The notes under the pieces are model-generated. The model was given only the letters and a program-made list of their open reading frames with translations, did not search any database and had not been told where the DNA came from. From assembly GCA_963762145.1 (NCBI GenBank), contig CAVXJS010000022.1, positions 116,536 to 180,535 of the forward strand: a stretch of 64,000 nt of DNA. The letters are read 5' to 3'. Source of the DNA: an uncultured Candidatus Rokubacteria bacterium. Its GTDB lineage: Bacteria; Methylomirabilota; Methylomirabilia; Rokubacteriales; CSP1-6. Below are positions 9,875 through 20,371 of this stretch, in pieces. Numbering within the stretch: position 1 is the first letter of the stretch; the number at the start of each line of letters is the position of its first letter. The position numbers and the translations under genes were made by a program.

Positions 9875-10540
9875 ATGACGTTCCCTGAGAAGTCCCCTTT
9901 CCCGCTGATGAGCGGAAGGGGCCCTGTCCCCGAACTTCTTCAGGCAGTCGAGCGGGTCGCGCTGATGCTCGATAGCATGACGGACAGCTTCTTCGCGCTC
10001 GATCGCGACTGGCGCTACACCTACTTCAATAAACCCGCAGAGGAACAGCTCCAGGCGTTGGGCAAGAATCCGGTGAGTCTCATCGGTAAGACGCTGTGGG
10101 AGGAATTCCCGAATCCACCGGTCGAGGACGTGCTCCGGCGCGTCATGAACGACCGCATCGCGGTCACCGATGAGCACTACTATCCTCCCCTGCGCGAGTG
10201 GGTGGAAAATCGCATCTTTCCGACACCGGATGGTGGGTTGGCGATCTTCCAGCGCTACATCACCGATCGCAAGCGGGCCGAAGAACAGCTTCGGGCAAGC
10301 GAAGAGCGTTTCCGGCGGTACTTCGACCTCGGACTGATCGGCATGGCCATCACGTCGCCCACTAAGAGCTGCCTGGACGTCAATGACGAGCTGTGCCGGA
10401 TTCTGGGGTACCAGCGGCACGAACTTCTACGCATGACATGGGCAGAGATCACGCACCCGGAGGACCTTGCCGCTGACGTCACCCAATTCGACCGAGTCAT
10501 GGCGGGCGAGATCCATGGCTATTCCATGGACAAGCGCTGA
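9875..10540 (+). CDS. PAS-domain sensor protein, probably truncated
   Basis: DSMTDSFFALDRDWRYTYFN..ITDRKRAEEQLRASEERFR; second PAS ends abruptly. Confidence 0.75.
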   Translation: MTFPEKSPFPLMSGRGPVPELLQAVERVALMLDSMTDSFFALDRDWRYTYFNKPAEEQLQALGKNPVSLIGKTLWEEFPNPPVEDVLRRVMNDRIAVTDEHYYPPLREWVENRIFPTPDGGLAIFQRYITDRKRAEEQLRASEERFRRYFDLGLIGMAITSPTKSCLDVNDELCRILGYQRHELLRMTWAEITHPEDLAADVTQFDRVMAGEIHGYSMDKR

Positions 10541-10734
10541 AAGAAGAAAGTCACCGCACCCTTCCCCAATCCTACTAGCGTCCCGCTCCCTTTGTCAGTT
10601 CAGTAACTAGCTCAAACCGGAATTGCGCTAGGCAATCGCAAAGAGCATCAATATCTCGCCGGCGCGCCTCCTGAAGCACCATCAGGTTTGCGTATTGCTC
10701 CATCGCTCTCACGCTACCAGGTTCGGTAATTTGC

Positions 10735-11223
10735 TCAGTATGCAGACACAAAGAAATCCCGAAAATACTCGCGCGCTAGTCGAACTTCCTCGAGTGTGAA
10801 CGTCATCGGATCCCTCGTCCCACGGGCGGTGTAGAACAGCGACGCGATGAAATTGCTCGCGTGCGTGACGCCTTGTCCCGGGACATTGTGCTCGAGGAAA
10901 CCAAACTCGCAATTTACTGCGTTATCACGCACAGCCCACAATGCCATGAAGAAGGCATCCACAATCTGCAACCACCTGGTGAGGATCCTCAGCCCCTCGG
11001 CTGGATCCTTCTCATTGGGGACGTCCTTCCAGTACACGGCCGCATGGGCCGAAAGAAGCGCCGAATATTCAAGACTCCCGATCGCAAGTTGAAACGGTCG
11101 TGATAGCAATTTCCCGAGCTCAGCGGAGCATTGATTCGTAAGGTAACAATTCTCGTCGAGGCGAATCCCTCGTCCTGTCGATTCCGAGAGTCGAAGGCCA
11201 TGAACACCAGCTACGAGGAGCAT
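10735..11223 (-). CDS. hypothetical protein, possibly a truncated N-terminus of an ApeA-like/HEPN protein
   Basis: RBS gagagagg; LWAVRDNAVNCEFGFL..SNF..FTLEEVRLAR; family assignment from recollection only. Confidence 0.4.
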   Translation of the reverse strand: MLLVAGVHGLRLSESTGRGIRLDENCYLTNQCSAELGKLLSRPFQLAIGSLEYSALLSAHAAVYWKDVPNEKDPAEGLRILTRWLQIVDAFFMALWAVRDNAVNCEFGFLEHNVPGQGVTHASNFIASLFYTARGTRDPMTFTLEEVRLAREYFRDFFVSAY

Positions 11224-11541
11224 GGCGCCTCTCTCTCTAAACCATGCAGGCTCTGGAATAGACGGCAGCGAACTGTATTGACCATGTCAGCATCTCAGCC
11301 TTCCGTGACTCTGACGGGCTTGCCTCTCTCGACTGGCGTGGAGACCGCCTACGACAGAACCCGCGAGCCGACTCAATCTCAACAGACCGGCATCGAAGGT
11401 TTTTACCATACGTCCCCGCTGACGTCTCGCTGACGGTTTTCGAGGGATTAAGCGGGTAGATTAGGGATTCGTGCGGAGCTAGGAGGGAAGCAAAAGAGAC
11501 GTTCCGGGACCTACTTAGCCCGCATGGGACGCTGCGCTCCA

Positions 11542-11586
11542 CCGCTCCCAAAGCAGGTGCGCGCCAGCAAGCTGTATCACACCCTG
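11542..11586 (-). pseudogene. degenerate 5' half of tRNA-Pro(TGG), att-like scar
   Basis: 19-bp exact match GCTCCCAAAGCAGGTGCGC to the tRNA-Pro at 24834-24910 plus degenerate D-arm/acceptor. Confidence 0.7.
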
Positions 11587-11755
11587 AAGCGGGCCGCGAA
11601 TCTTCATCACACTCCCTCGTTCATGGCGCCATCCCTCCGGAGGCACGCCCTGGGAGGCACCTGGTACGTTCTGACGGGTTCTAGCGAGCGATGGGGGGAC
11701 GGATGAGGGGGTCGGGCCCACCCCGCGAACGACTAGAGCTCCTAGACGCCTAGAC

Positions 11756-12923
11756 TGTCCTGAGCCGGATTAGTGTTGACACTTGTGACCAGAAACAGTG
11801 AGGGCCATCTGGCCTATCGTTCCCAGAGTGAACCACCCCCTGCCAGGGGAACCACTTTGGGAGGATCGACCGATGACCCTCGAGGAGAAAGTACACGGAC
11901 TGCGGCTGCATGTCATCCAGCGGGCGGAGGAGTTGGGCAATGTCAGTCGGGCCTGCCGGGAGGCGGGGATCTCCCGCGCCCTGTTCTACCGCTGGCGTCA
12001 GCGGTTGGAGCGCTACGGCCAGGACGGGGTGCATCCGCGGCGGCATCGGGCCCGCCCCGGCCGACCGGTGCAGCTGGCCCCGGAGACGGAGCGGCTGCTG
12101 CTGAGCGTGGCGGTCAGCGCGGCGACGTGGGGCGCGAGTCGGATCGCCGCTTACCTGCGCCATCGCTGGCAGCTGCGCGTGGCACCCAGCACGGTGCAGC
12201 GTGCCCTGCGGCGGGCCGGGCTGGCGACCCGCCGGCAGCGGCTGACCGTGCTCGAGCACCGCGCCCTGCAGACGGCGGGGTTGCTGACCGAGCGGACGCG
12301 CAGCACCCTGTGGCAGGCGCAGCACGGCCAGCCGCGTCACGTCGCCGCCCGCGAGCCCGGCGAGCTGGTGTGCGTGGACACCTTCTACATTGGGCAGCTC
12401 AAAGGCGTGGGCAAGGTCTGGCAGATCACGGCCTGCGACGCCGCGTGCTCCTACGGCGTCGCGTGGTTGCTGCCAGCCCACAACGCCGAGGCGGCCGCTC
12501 ACTTCGTGCGTCGCATCTTGGTGCCCCTGTATCGCCGGGCGGGCTGGCGGCTGCGCCGCCTGCTCACCGACGGCGGCCCCGAGTTCAAGGGGGCGTTCGA
12601 TGACGCCTGCCGGACGCTCGGCCTCCGCCACACCCGAACGAAGCCGCGGCACGCGTGGACGAACGGGTTCGTCGAGCGGCTGCAAGGCACGATCTTGCAG
12701 GAGCATTGGCGCGTGGCCTTCCGTCGGCGCTACTTCACGAGTCGAACGGCGCTCCAACGAAGCCTCGATGGGTTCATGCAGTCCTACAATCACGAGCGGC
12801 CCCATCAAGGCTACCGGGTCCGTGGCCGCACCCCCGCCGCGCTCTTCTGGGGCGCCGCTCGGGCCTGACCGCATGTCGCACTCTGGGGTGGCCAAGGTGT
12901 CTACACCATTCCGGGTCTGGACA
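11756..12923 (+). mobile_element. complete IS481-family element
   Basis: IRs TGTCCTGAGCCGGATTAGTGTTGACAC / GTGTCTACACCATTCCGGGTCTGGACA; flanking direct repeat GCCTAGAC at 11748-11755 and 12924-12931. Confidence 0.92.
11873..12868 (+). CDS. IS481-family transposase
   Basis: HTH NVSRACREAGISRALFYRW; DDE core CVDT..TDGGPEF..TNGFVER; YNHERPHQG. Confidence 0.92.
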   Translation: MTLEEKVHGLRLHVIQRAEELGNVSRACREAGISRALFYRWRQRLERYGQDGVHPRRHRARPGRPVQLAPETERLLLSVAVSAATWGASRIAAYLRHRWQLRVAPSTVQRALRRAGLATRRQRLTVLEHRALQTAGLLTERTRSTLWQAQHGQPRHVAAREPGELVCVDTFYIGQLKGVGKVWQITACDAACSYGVAWLLPAHNAEAAAHFVRRILVPLYRRAGWRLRRLLTDGGPEFKGAFDDACRTLGLRHTRTKPRHAWTNGFVERLQGTILQEHWRVAFRRRYFTSRTALQRSLDGFMQSYNHERPHQGYRVRGRTPAALFWGAARA

Positions 12924-13451
12924 GCCTAGACCCTTCCTAGGATCGATCCTAGGAGTGCCCCCAACGATCTAGTTCGGTAAGCTGGTCCGGCGGACCCCCC
13001 TTTGGGAACTCTGAGTCCAAGTCCGGACCAAGTTCGGGGGCTCACTCGGGCACGTTCAGAGTCACATCCGCTCAACTCGGTGAGGGAGCCTAGGATACGA
13101 CTCCTCGCTTTTCGCGCGGGAATCGTGAGCGGGAGCGAGCGCGAGTGACCTAGCTCGATATGGAGCGGGACCGATTTCGAGTCGGACCCCGACGCGCTCA
13201 CCTTCCCGCAGTCCACTACAAGGCTTGAGCCTAGACCTTAGCGATGGCCGACACCGCCGCGCGGCCTGGGAGCGTAAAGCAAGAGCCCCCGAGGTCGAAG
13301 AATTCTCGAAGTACGGAGACTCGCTCAAGGTCTCTCCCAATCGGTCCCGCCGATCCCTTCGAGAGCGGACCCGATCGGAACCCTCGGGAATACTTAGCTA
13401 GAGTGAGATAGAGAAGGCCCGAGAGATCTAGGGCGAAGGGCCCCGATCGCT

Positions 13452-13490
13452 TTAGAAGGCCGATGCTCTATCCAACTGAGCTACAGGCGC
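13452..13490 (-). pseudogene. 5' half of tRNA-Arg(TCT), broken just after the anticodon loop
   Basis: GCGCCTGTAGCTCAGTTGGATAGAGCATCGGCCTTCTAA followed by non-tRNA sequence; upstream TTGCGT-17-CAGAAT promoter-like element. Confidence 0.85.
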
Positions 13491-13541
13491 GTGCCGGTAT
13501 TCTGCGGGCTTAGAGAGCGGGACGCAAGCTTCGGAGCGGTG

Positions 13542-14549
13542 CTACAGCAGGATTTTGTTCTGGGGCTTCAGCGGCGGCGGACAGTCGGTTTCGCCAAGCA
13601 TTTCCCGCAGGTCTATTTCCGCGGTCCGGCACATTTGTGAGATCGGGACGTCATTCGGACCTCCTTCAAAAGGGCTTTCGGTGCTTTCTCCGACTCGCCC
13701 CAGCGAAGTGTACATCCAGGAAATCAATACACTGAAGGGGATGACCAGCCAGACCATGTGGCCTTTCATGATCCCCTCGACGCTTTCATTGAGGCTGTCG
13801 AATTCCCGGAGCAACCCGAAGGGAAGCAGAACGCAGAACAGTTTGACGAAGAAGGAATTGATGGACGCAAATTGCCTTGGATACGGGAAATCCTTGATGC
13901 GCTCACACCTGCCTTGTAGCACGAGGAAGTCCTTGATTGACTTTTGCATGTCAACGAACTGCGTCACGACAATCACCTGGCTGGCCAGGAGCCCTTTTAT
14001 CGCTTTGCTTTGGAGGGCCATGATCTGGGTTGCCCTGCTGCCCTTGGCAAGGACCTGGGTTAGCTCCGCATCAGGGAGGAATTTCGCCAGCTCCGTTTCC
14101 AATGCCGTTTGCATTTCAGGGATGGAGTAGTACTTCAAATACTCTGCATTGTGCGCCTTGCTCGTGCTTTCCCATGGCCGGTGCTCTCGCAGCTGATAGC
14201 GCAGTGCGGTCAGCCAGGCGAGGTGGCGATAGACAAGCTCCCGTGATTTTTCGGTACTGTCGAAAGAATCCCGGCTGATTGTTCCCCACGCCCGGCTGCT
14301 GCTTATGATGTCGCCCCATATGTATCGCGCTTCCCAGGTGCGGTTGTAGGTTTGCACGTTCTTGAAACCAACGATGAACGCGGTCGCCGTTCCCAGGAGC
14401 GCCACCACCGTCCAGGGAATACCCAGCCATTTCATGTTCCCGGTCTGGTATGCAACCGCAGGTACGATTCCCAGGACGATCAGGACGTAGATATCCCTTC
14501 GCGTCCAATCGAGGAACTCCAAGAGTCGGTATGATTTCCCCGTGTGCAT
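13542..14549 (-). CDS. bestrophin-family (YneE-like) ion channel
   Basis: GFKNVQTYNRTWEAR, CERIKDFPYP, ESPFEGGPNDVP. Confidence 0.88.
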   Translation of the reverse strand: MHTGKSYRLLEFLDWTRRDIYVLIVLGIVPAVAYQTGNMKWLGIPWTVVALLGTATAFIVGFKNVQTYNRTWEARYIWGDIISSSRAWGTISRDSFDSTEKSRELVYRHLAWLTALRYQLREHRPWESTSKAHNAEYLKYYSIPEMQTALETELAKFLPDAELTQVLAKGSRATQIMALQSKAIKGLLASQVIVVTQFVDMQKSIKDFLVLQGRCERIKDFPYPRQFASINSFFVKLFCVLLPFGLLREFDSLNESVEGIMKGHMVWLVIPFSVLISWMYTSLGRVGESTESPFEGGPNDVPISQMCRTAEIDLREMLGETDCPPPLKPQNKILL

Positions 14550-14777
14550 GGTTGCCTGTCTTTACCAAGACCACGATCACCTTGCAAGTGGGACCGATGA
14601 TGGCCCGTGGTACGATCCCATCCGCGGGGATCGGCCATGAGCTTGACCCGAGTCGGGAAACTACCGCACACAGCCCTCATGGCGGCCTGGACATTGAGCC
14701 GCAGGCTCCTGCCACTGCGCGCGTTGGCCGCAATCTTCCGGAAGTACGGTTGTGCCGGCCACCGCTGAGCCGCTGAG

Positions 14778-15698
14778 TTGAGCATTGTCGCCGGTGTCCT
14801 CGCCCTGCTCGCGGTCATGCTCCCGGCTCCCGCGAGCGCCGCCGAAGAGCGCGCGGTGCTCACGATGGTCAGCCACAACGTGCTCCACGGCGGCCCCTGG
14901 TCGGGGTTCGCCGGAGACGGTCAGCAGCTCGAGCGTCGCATGGCCCTGATCGCGGACGAGCTGGCCTCTCTCCGCCCCGACGTGGTCGCGCTCCAGGAAG
15001 CCGCGGTGAGCCGGCGGCTCGGCGACGTGACCGCGCGCCTCGCCCGACGCCTCGGCTATCATCACGTGCACGCGCCGGCCACGTCCTACGTCTTCGGCGA
15101 AGGGATCCTGAGTCGGCTGGTCGTCGGGGCGCTAGGCTTTCGCGAGGGCCCGGCCATCCTCAGCCGCTTTCCGATCCTCGAGTCCGAAGTCTACGAGCTG
15201 CCTCGCTGCCAGAACCGACTCGATCCGCGCGTGCTGCTTCGCGCGCGGCTCGACACGCCCTGGGGCCGGATCGACGTCTTCTCCGCCCACATCTGGCGCG
15301 ACGAGTGCCAGGCGCGACGCGTGACCGCCCTGGTCGCGGCAAGTCGCAACGGGTTGCCCTCCGTCCTCATGGGCGATTTCAACGCCGTGGAGTCGTCGCC
15401 GGCGATCCGAGCCATGACCGGGGAGGCCGGCTTCATCGATGCGTATCGGCGCGCCAACCCGGACGCACGAGGGGCCACGGTGTGGCAACGGATCGACGCG
15501 CCGGAGTCGACGGCCCGCCGGCGGATCGACTACATCTTCCTGGTGCCGGGTCTCGCCTTCGCGGGCGACGTGGCGGCGAGCCGGATCGTTCTCGACGCCC
15601 CGCACCACCTGCCCGACGGCACCACGCTGTGGCCCTCCGACCACTACGGCGTCCTGGCCGAGCTGGTCGTCTCCGGGATCGGTCGTGGCTCCCCGTAA
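14778..15698 (+). CDS. exported endonuclease/exonuclease/phosphatase-family protein
   Basis: SHNVL, DVVALQE, MGDFN, IDYIF, SDHY motifs; signal peptide. Confidence 0.88.
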   Translation: MSIVAGVLALLAVMLPAPASAAEERAVLTMVSHNVLHGGPWSGFAGDGQQLERRMALIADELASLRPDVVALQEAAVSRRLGDVTARLARRLGYHHVHAPATSYVFGEGILSRLVVGALGFREGPAILSRFPILESEVYELPRCQNRLDPRVLLRARLDTPWGRIDVFSAHIWRDECQARRVTALVAASRNGLPSVLMGDFNAVESSPAIRAMTGEAGFIDAYRRANPDARGATVWQRIDAPESTARRRIDYIFLVPGLAFAGDVAASRIVLDAPHHLPDGTTLWPSDHYGVLAELVVSGIGRGSP

Positions 15699-15900
15699 GC
15701 CGCCACGTGCGTCCGCCCGATAGTCAGCATCGGCAGGTATTTACGCTACCCGCTAGGGTCCAGCAAGGGGATGGAGGCTCGGCCCGGCGGCCTTTTTTGC
15801 CATGACGGCGGTCTGGGTTATACTCAACGCCGCCTTACCGGCCGAGCCGTTCGGCTCGGCTTGACACCAAGCGAGACGAGGGGAGGTTGACCAGGGTCCC

Positions 15901-17010
15901 GTGGTGACACGATTCCTTGATTCGACGCGAGGACGGTTGCCGCGCGCGATCGTGCTGCTGTTCCTGCTCCTGCTCGCAATGCCCGGACCGCTCGCGGCAC
16001 AGGATGCTTCCTGGGGTCTGTCGCTCGCGCCCATGGACGATCTGTCGCTGTCGCCGGGCGAGCGCGCCAGACTCGAAGCGGCCGTGCGAGGAATACCGGT
16101 TGCTGCCCGACGAATCCCGGCGATTGCGAATCGTGGATGGCGTCCGCGGACATCACGGCAGGCACTCCCTTCCGAATCGCGCAATCAGACGCCCGGATTG
16201 CGCAGGCGACCGACGCCGACCGCCGGCGGTGGAAGCCCGGCAGCCCAACAAGCTGCTCGGGACGATCATCCCGTTCGCGTCGGTGGGGTTGGTGGCGGCC
16301 AACTCGCTGCTGGGTTACAGCGGGCATGAGCTTTCACGTCCCAACGAGCGCTGGTTCCAGTCCAACACGAGAGACGGCGGCGCGGACAAGGCCTCCCATT
16401 TCGCCGACTACTACATCGTGGCCAAGGAGGTCGCGTTCGTCTACGAGAAGATCGGCTACTCGGAGAACGCGGCGCGCTGGTTTGGATTCGGCGTGGCGGT
16501 CACCACCGGTCTGGCGAACGAGGTCTCCGACGGGTTCACGAGACACGGCTTCTCCTGGCAAGACCTCGCGATGGACGCGCGCGGGGCCGCGGCCGCGGTC
16601 CTGGTCTCGATGACCCGCACCGAGGACCTCCTGGGAGTCCGGACGTCGCACATCCCGGGCGACACGTACACCCACGACGTCTACTCGGCCGATCTGAAGC
16701 TCGTCGGGCTGGAGCGCCGCCTCGGTATCAAGCTCGGGCCGCTGCGGTGGCTGAACTTCTCGGTCACCTACGGGACCAAGGGCTACCGGGTCACCCCCGA
16801 GACCGAGCATGCAGCGCCAGATCGGCCTCGAGATCGGCCTGAACCTTCAGCAGATCCTGAACGACGTGGGGGTGAAGCGGAACACGTGGTGGGGCTATGC
16901 GCTCCATCTCGTGGGCGACAACGTCCGGTTCCCCTACACCGCGTTCGGGATGCGCTACGACTTGAACCACGGCAGATGGCGCGGCCCGAATACCGGTAAT
17001 TATCCAGTAA
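15901..17010 (+). CDS. DUF2279/YfiM-like exported protein, frameshifted
   Basis: GGADKASHF...EVSDGF..GFSWQDL split over several frames. Confidence 0.6.
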
Positions 17011-17126
17011 GGACACGAAAGCCGGCGGCCGGCTGGCCTCGAGTCTCGCGACCGTCCCCGCGTCCCGAGTGCGAGCGCCGGGCCCGGTGACCTGCGAGGG
17101 CGCCCGTAAGCAGCCACCGCCACTGC

Positions 17127-18770
17127 ATGCTCTGGAATCGCACCTGGCTGCTGCTGGTGGGCGTATTCCTGGCGTTCAACCTGCTGCTCTTCAATCACGA
17201 CATCTCGCTCTGGGACGACGACGAAGCCGCCTATGCGGGCTTCGCGCAGCAGATGCTCGAGTCCGGCGATTGGGTGAATCCGCAATTCCAATGGGCGGGG
17301 ATTCACCGCAAGCCGCCCTTTCATTTCTGGACGGTCGCGATCAGCTTCAGCCTCTTCGGGGTCAACGAGTTCGCGTTGCGGTTGCCCTCGGTGCTGGCGG
17401 TCTGGCTCACCTGTGCCAGCCTCTGGTGGTTTGGCCGTCGGCTGTTCGGCGAGGATCGGGCGGCCTGGGCGGCTATCATTCTGGCGAGCTCTCTGGTCAT
17501 CCCCCTCTTTGGCAAGGTGGCTCTCACCGATGCGACTCTTTTGATGTTTCAAACGACCGCCGTCCTGGGCCTGCTCAACTATCTCCACCAGCCCGCATCT
17601 CCGCTGGAACCTGCTGCTCTGGGCGAGCGTGGCGCTGGGGGTTCTCACCAAGGGACCGCCCATCCTGATCCTGATCGGCGGGCTCTGGGCGTGGCTGCTC
17701 GTGTTTCATCCGCAACGACGCAACCTGATCGGGACCCATCCGTGGCTGTTCTTGCCCCTTGCGTTGCTCCCGCTCGGGGCCTGGATGTACCTGTCCTGGC
17801 TGCGCGATGAAGGGCGTTTGCTCACGTTCCTGTACGAATGGTACGTGGTGAGAAGGGTCGGGGGCAGTGTCCTCGGCCAAACGGGTCCTCCCGGCTATCA
17901 CCTGGTCGTCTTGCTGATCTCCTTTGCCGCCTGGCTCCCCTTCTTGGGGATGGCCATCGGCGAGCGCCTTCGCACGTGGCGACAGCCCTGGTCGCCGAAC
18001 CAGATCGCCCTGGCGGGTTGGATGGTTTTCGGTTGGCTGTTCTTCGAACTGATGTCGAGCAAATCGCCTTCGTATGCTCTGGCCGCCCAACCGGCCTGGG
18101 CTCTGGCCATCGCTCCGCAGCTCTGCCGCCGCGTTCCGCTGTTTCCGCGGGCGTTCAAGGCGGCGATTGTCCTGCAGGCGCTGGTATGGCTGGGAATCGT
18201 CGGCGCCCTGTCGGTCTGCGCGTATCGGTTCATGGGCGCGCAGGTCGCTCTGGCCGGTCGGGATGTTGATCGTGGTGGCGGCGACGGCCGGTCTTTGCAT
18301 GGGCAAGCACCTCTGGCAATCGCACCGTCTGGGTGGCGTCTGGGTCACCGTCTTTGCGATGTCGGTGTTCACGATGCTGATCACGGTGGTGGCCTGGGTG
18401 GTGGAGCCCTCTCCCATCAAGGCGATCAAGCCGATGGTGGAAACCGCCTACCGGTGGGCGAAGGAGGACCGCACCATCCCGGTGTACTACACCGGCCTGC
18501 GCGTCAAGCAGAAGAGGAAGAGCCTGCCGGTATACCTCTCGCGGCGGTTTGAATCCCATCAAGAACTGACGCCCGATGCACGCGGCGGCGCGCTATCTGA
18601 GCCCGGCTCCCGCGCTGTTCATCCTCGGCACGGATAGGGACGAGTTCTTCCACGCGCTCAAGTTACGGCCGGAGGACATCCCGAGCCACCGACTGCAGCG
18701 CATCGACTGGCTATCGACCGACCGTCGGCCGCGGGCGCGTCCGTTCTGGTTGCTGCGGAACTTCGACTAG
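17127..18770 (+). CDS. ArnT-like GT-C glycosyltransferase, frameshifted
   Basis: DDEAAYA..ESGDW, KPPFHFW, EFALRLPS, LTKGP across four ORF pieces. Confidence 0.8.
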
Positions 18771-18780
18771 CCGGCTGGCT

Positions 18781-20220
18781 TCAGGATCCCGGGCGTTCCG
18801 CGCTCTCCAGATACTCGGCGTCGATGTTGATATTCCACAGGTTGTAGGGGGACCCCGGCAGCTTGAGATAGTTCCGGGCGGCGAGCATTCCGCTGTAGGC
18901 CGAGTGATCCTGATTGTTGTACTTGTACATCCCGCCGCGTCCGATCGCGGACAGATTCTGGAGCTCGTTGAGCCGGTGTTTCAGGATCTCGTAGGGCCCC
19001 TGGAAGCCCATGTAGTAGGTGGGATAGCTCTCCGACTCCCTCACCACCCACGCCCCTTCGATCTGACCCGGCGACAGCAGCTTCAACCGCGCGAGCTCTT
19101 CGCCCGCCAGCTCGACCAGCTCGCCGTCGGGTCGCTTCCACAGCTCCTCGTGCTGGAAGGTGAAGTACTCGACGCTCAGGGCGGTCCGGTCCGGCGCGGG
19201 GCTCATCGCGGGAGAGAAGTTGTTGTAGTTCGCGATCCGGGCCATCTGAACGTCCGGTGAGTGGACGTAGATCCACTGATCGGGGAACGGGCTGCGTCCC
19301 GATACGAGCAGGTCGACGGTGACGTGCTCCCGATAGTAGAGCGCCTCCGCGGCCTTCATCACCTTCTCCGATTCCGTCGGATCGAGCATCTGGACGAAAT
19401 GGGTCATGGGGAGGCTGCTGAAGAAGTGATTGGCCTGGATCCTCACCGGCTCCCCGCCGCCGGTTCGGACGTCCACCGAGACGATCCGATCGTTGGCCCG
19501 GTTGACCGAGACCACGCGGGCGCCGAGGAGGTACTCGACGCCCGCCCCCGCGGTTTGCTCGGTCATCGCCTCGTACATTTGCCCCGCTCCGCGCACGGGG
19601 TAGTCGAACCGGTCGACGAGGGTCTTCACCGTTCCCCGCGATCCGCCCAGGAGCGAATCCTTGAGGACCTTGACGATGTCCAGTCCCTTGATCCGCTGGG
19701 CCGCCCATTCGGCGCCGATCTGATGCCCGGGAATCCCCCAGACCTTCTCGGTATAGGTCTTGAAGAACGTGTCGTACAGCTTCCGGCCGAAGCGATCGGT
19801 TATCCAATCCTCGAACGTCAACGCCTCCCGCCGGCTCGAGAAGCGCGCCGAGACGAACGACAGGAGGGCATGGGTCGATTCCACGATGCCCAGCTTCGAG
19901 ACGACGTCGAATGGCTTGATGGGATAGTGGAAGAACTTCTGCTTGTGGTAGATGCGGGTCAGGCGGTCGACGGGGCGGAAATCAGATCCGAGCGTGTCGT
20001 GCCATAGCTGATTGACCTCGGGATTCTTCGTGAAGAAGCGATGCGGGCCGACGTCGAAGCGGGCGTTCCCGAACTCCTCCGTGCGCGCCAGGCCGCCGAC
20101 CACTGCGTTGCGATCGATGACCAGGATGTTGGTAACGCCATGCTTGACGAGCTCGACGGCCGCTCCGAGCCCCGCGGGGCCGGCTCCGAGGATGCAGCAT
20201 TCATATGATCTGTCCGTCAT
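18781..20220 (-). CDS. FAD-dependent oxidoreductase (protoporphyrinogen oxidase/UDP-galactopyranose mutase-like)
   Basis: GAGPAG, GGLART, DVGPHRFFTK, GRGGMYKYNNQDHS. Confidence 0.85.
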   Translation of the reverse strand: MTDRSYECCILGAGPAGLGAAVELVKHGVTNILVIDRNAVVGGLARTEEFGNARFDVGPHRFFTKNPEVNQLWHDTLGSDFRPVDRLTRIYHKQKFFHYPIKPFDVVSKLGIVESTHALLSFVSARFSSRREALTFEDWITDRFGRKLYDTFFKTYTEKVWGIPGHQIGAEWAAQRIKGLDIVKVLKDSLLGGSRGTVKTLVDRFDYPVRGAGQMYEAMTEQTAGAGVEYLLGARVVSVNRANDRIVSVDVRTGGGEPVRIQANHFFSSLPMTHFVQMLDPTESEKVMKAAEALYYREHVTVDLLVSGRSPFPDQWIYVHSPDVQMARIANYNNFSPAMSPAPDRTALSVEYFTFQHEELWKRPDGELVELAGEELARLKLLSPGQIEGAWVVRESESYPTYYMGFQGPYEILKHRLNELQNLSAIGRGGMYKYNNQDHSAYSGMLAARNYLKLPGSPYNLWNINIDAEYLESAERPGS

Positions 20221-20371
20221 GGATTCCTTTGTTTGAGCGGCATGCTATCAGGCCACGCGGCCCGGTCAAGCGCCGGGCGGAACGGCCGCATCCTCTCCGA
20301 TCTTCTGCTCTGCTTGCAGTAAGCACAAGATGTGGGTTGACAGGTAGGAGGAGCCACGATAGGCTGCGGGC

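Noticed and set aside
12926-13451. Group I intron in tRNA-Arg
   Set aside because: Only weak P/R-like words were found, with no convincing P7/S elements and no 3' exon downstream in the window, even after removing the IS
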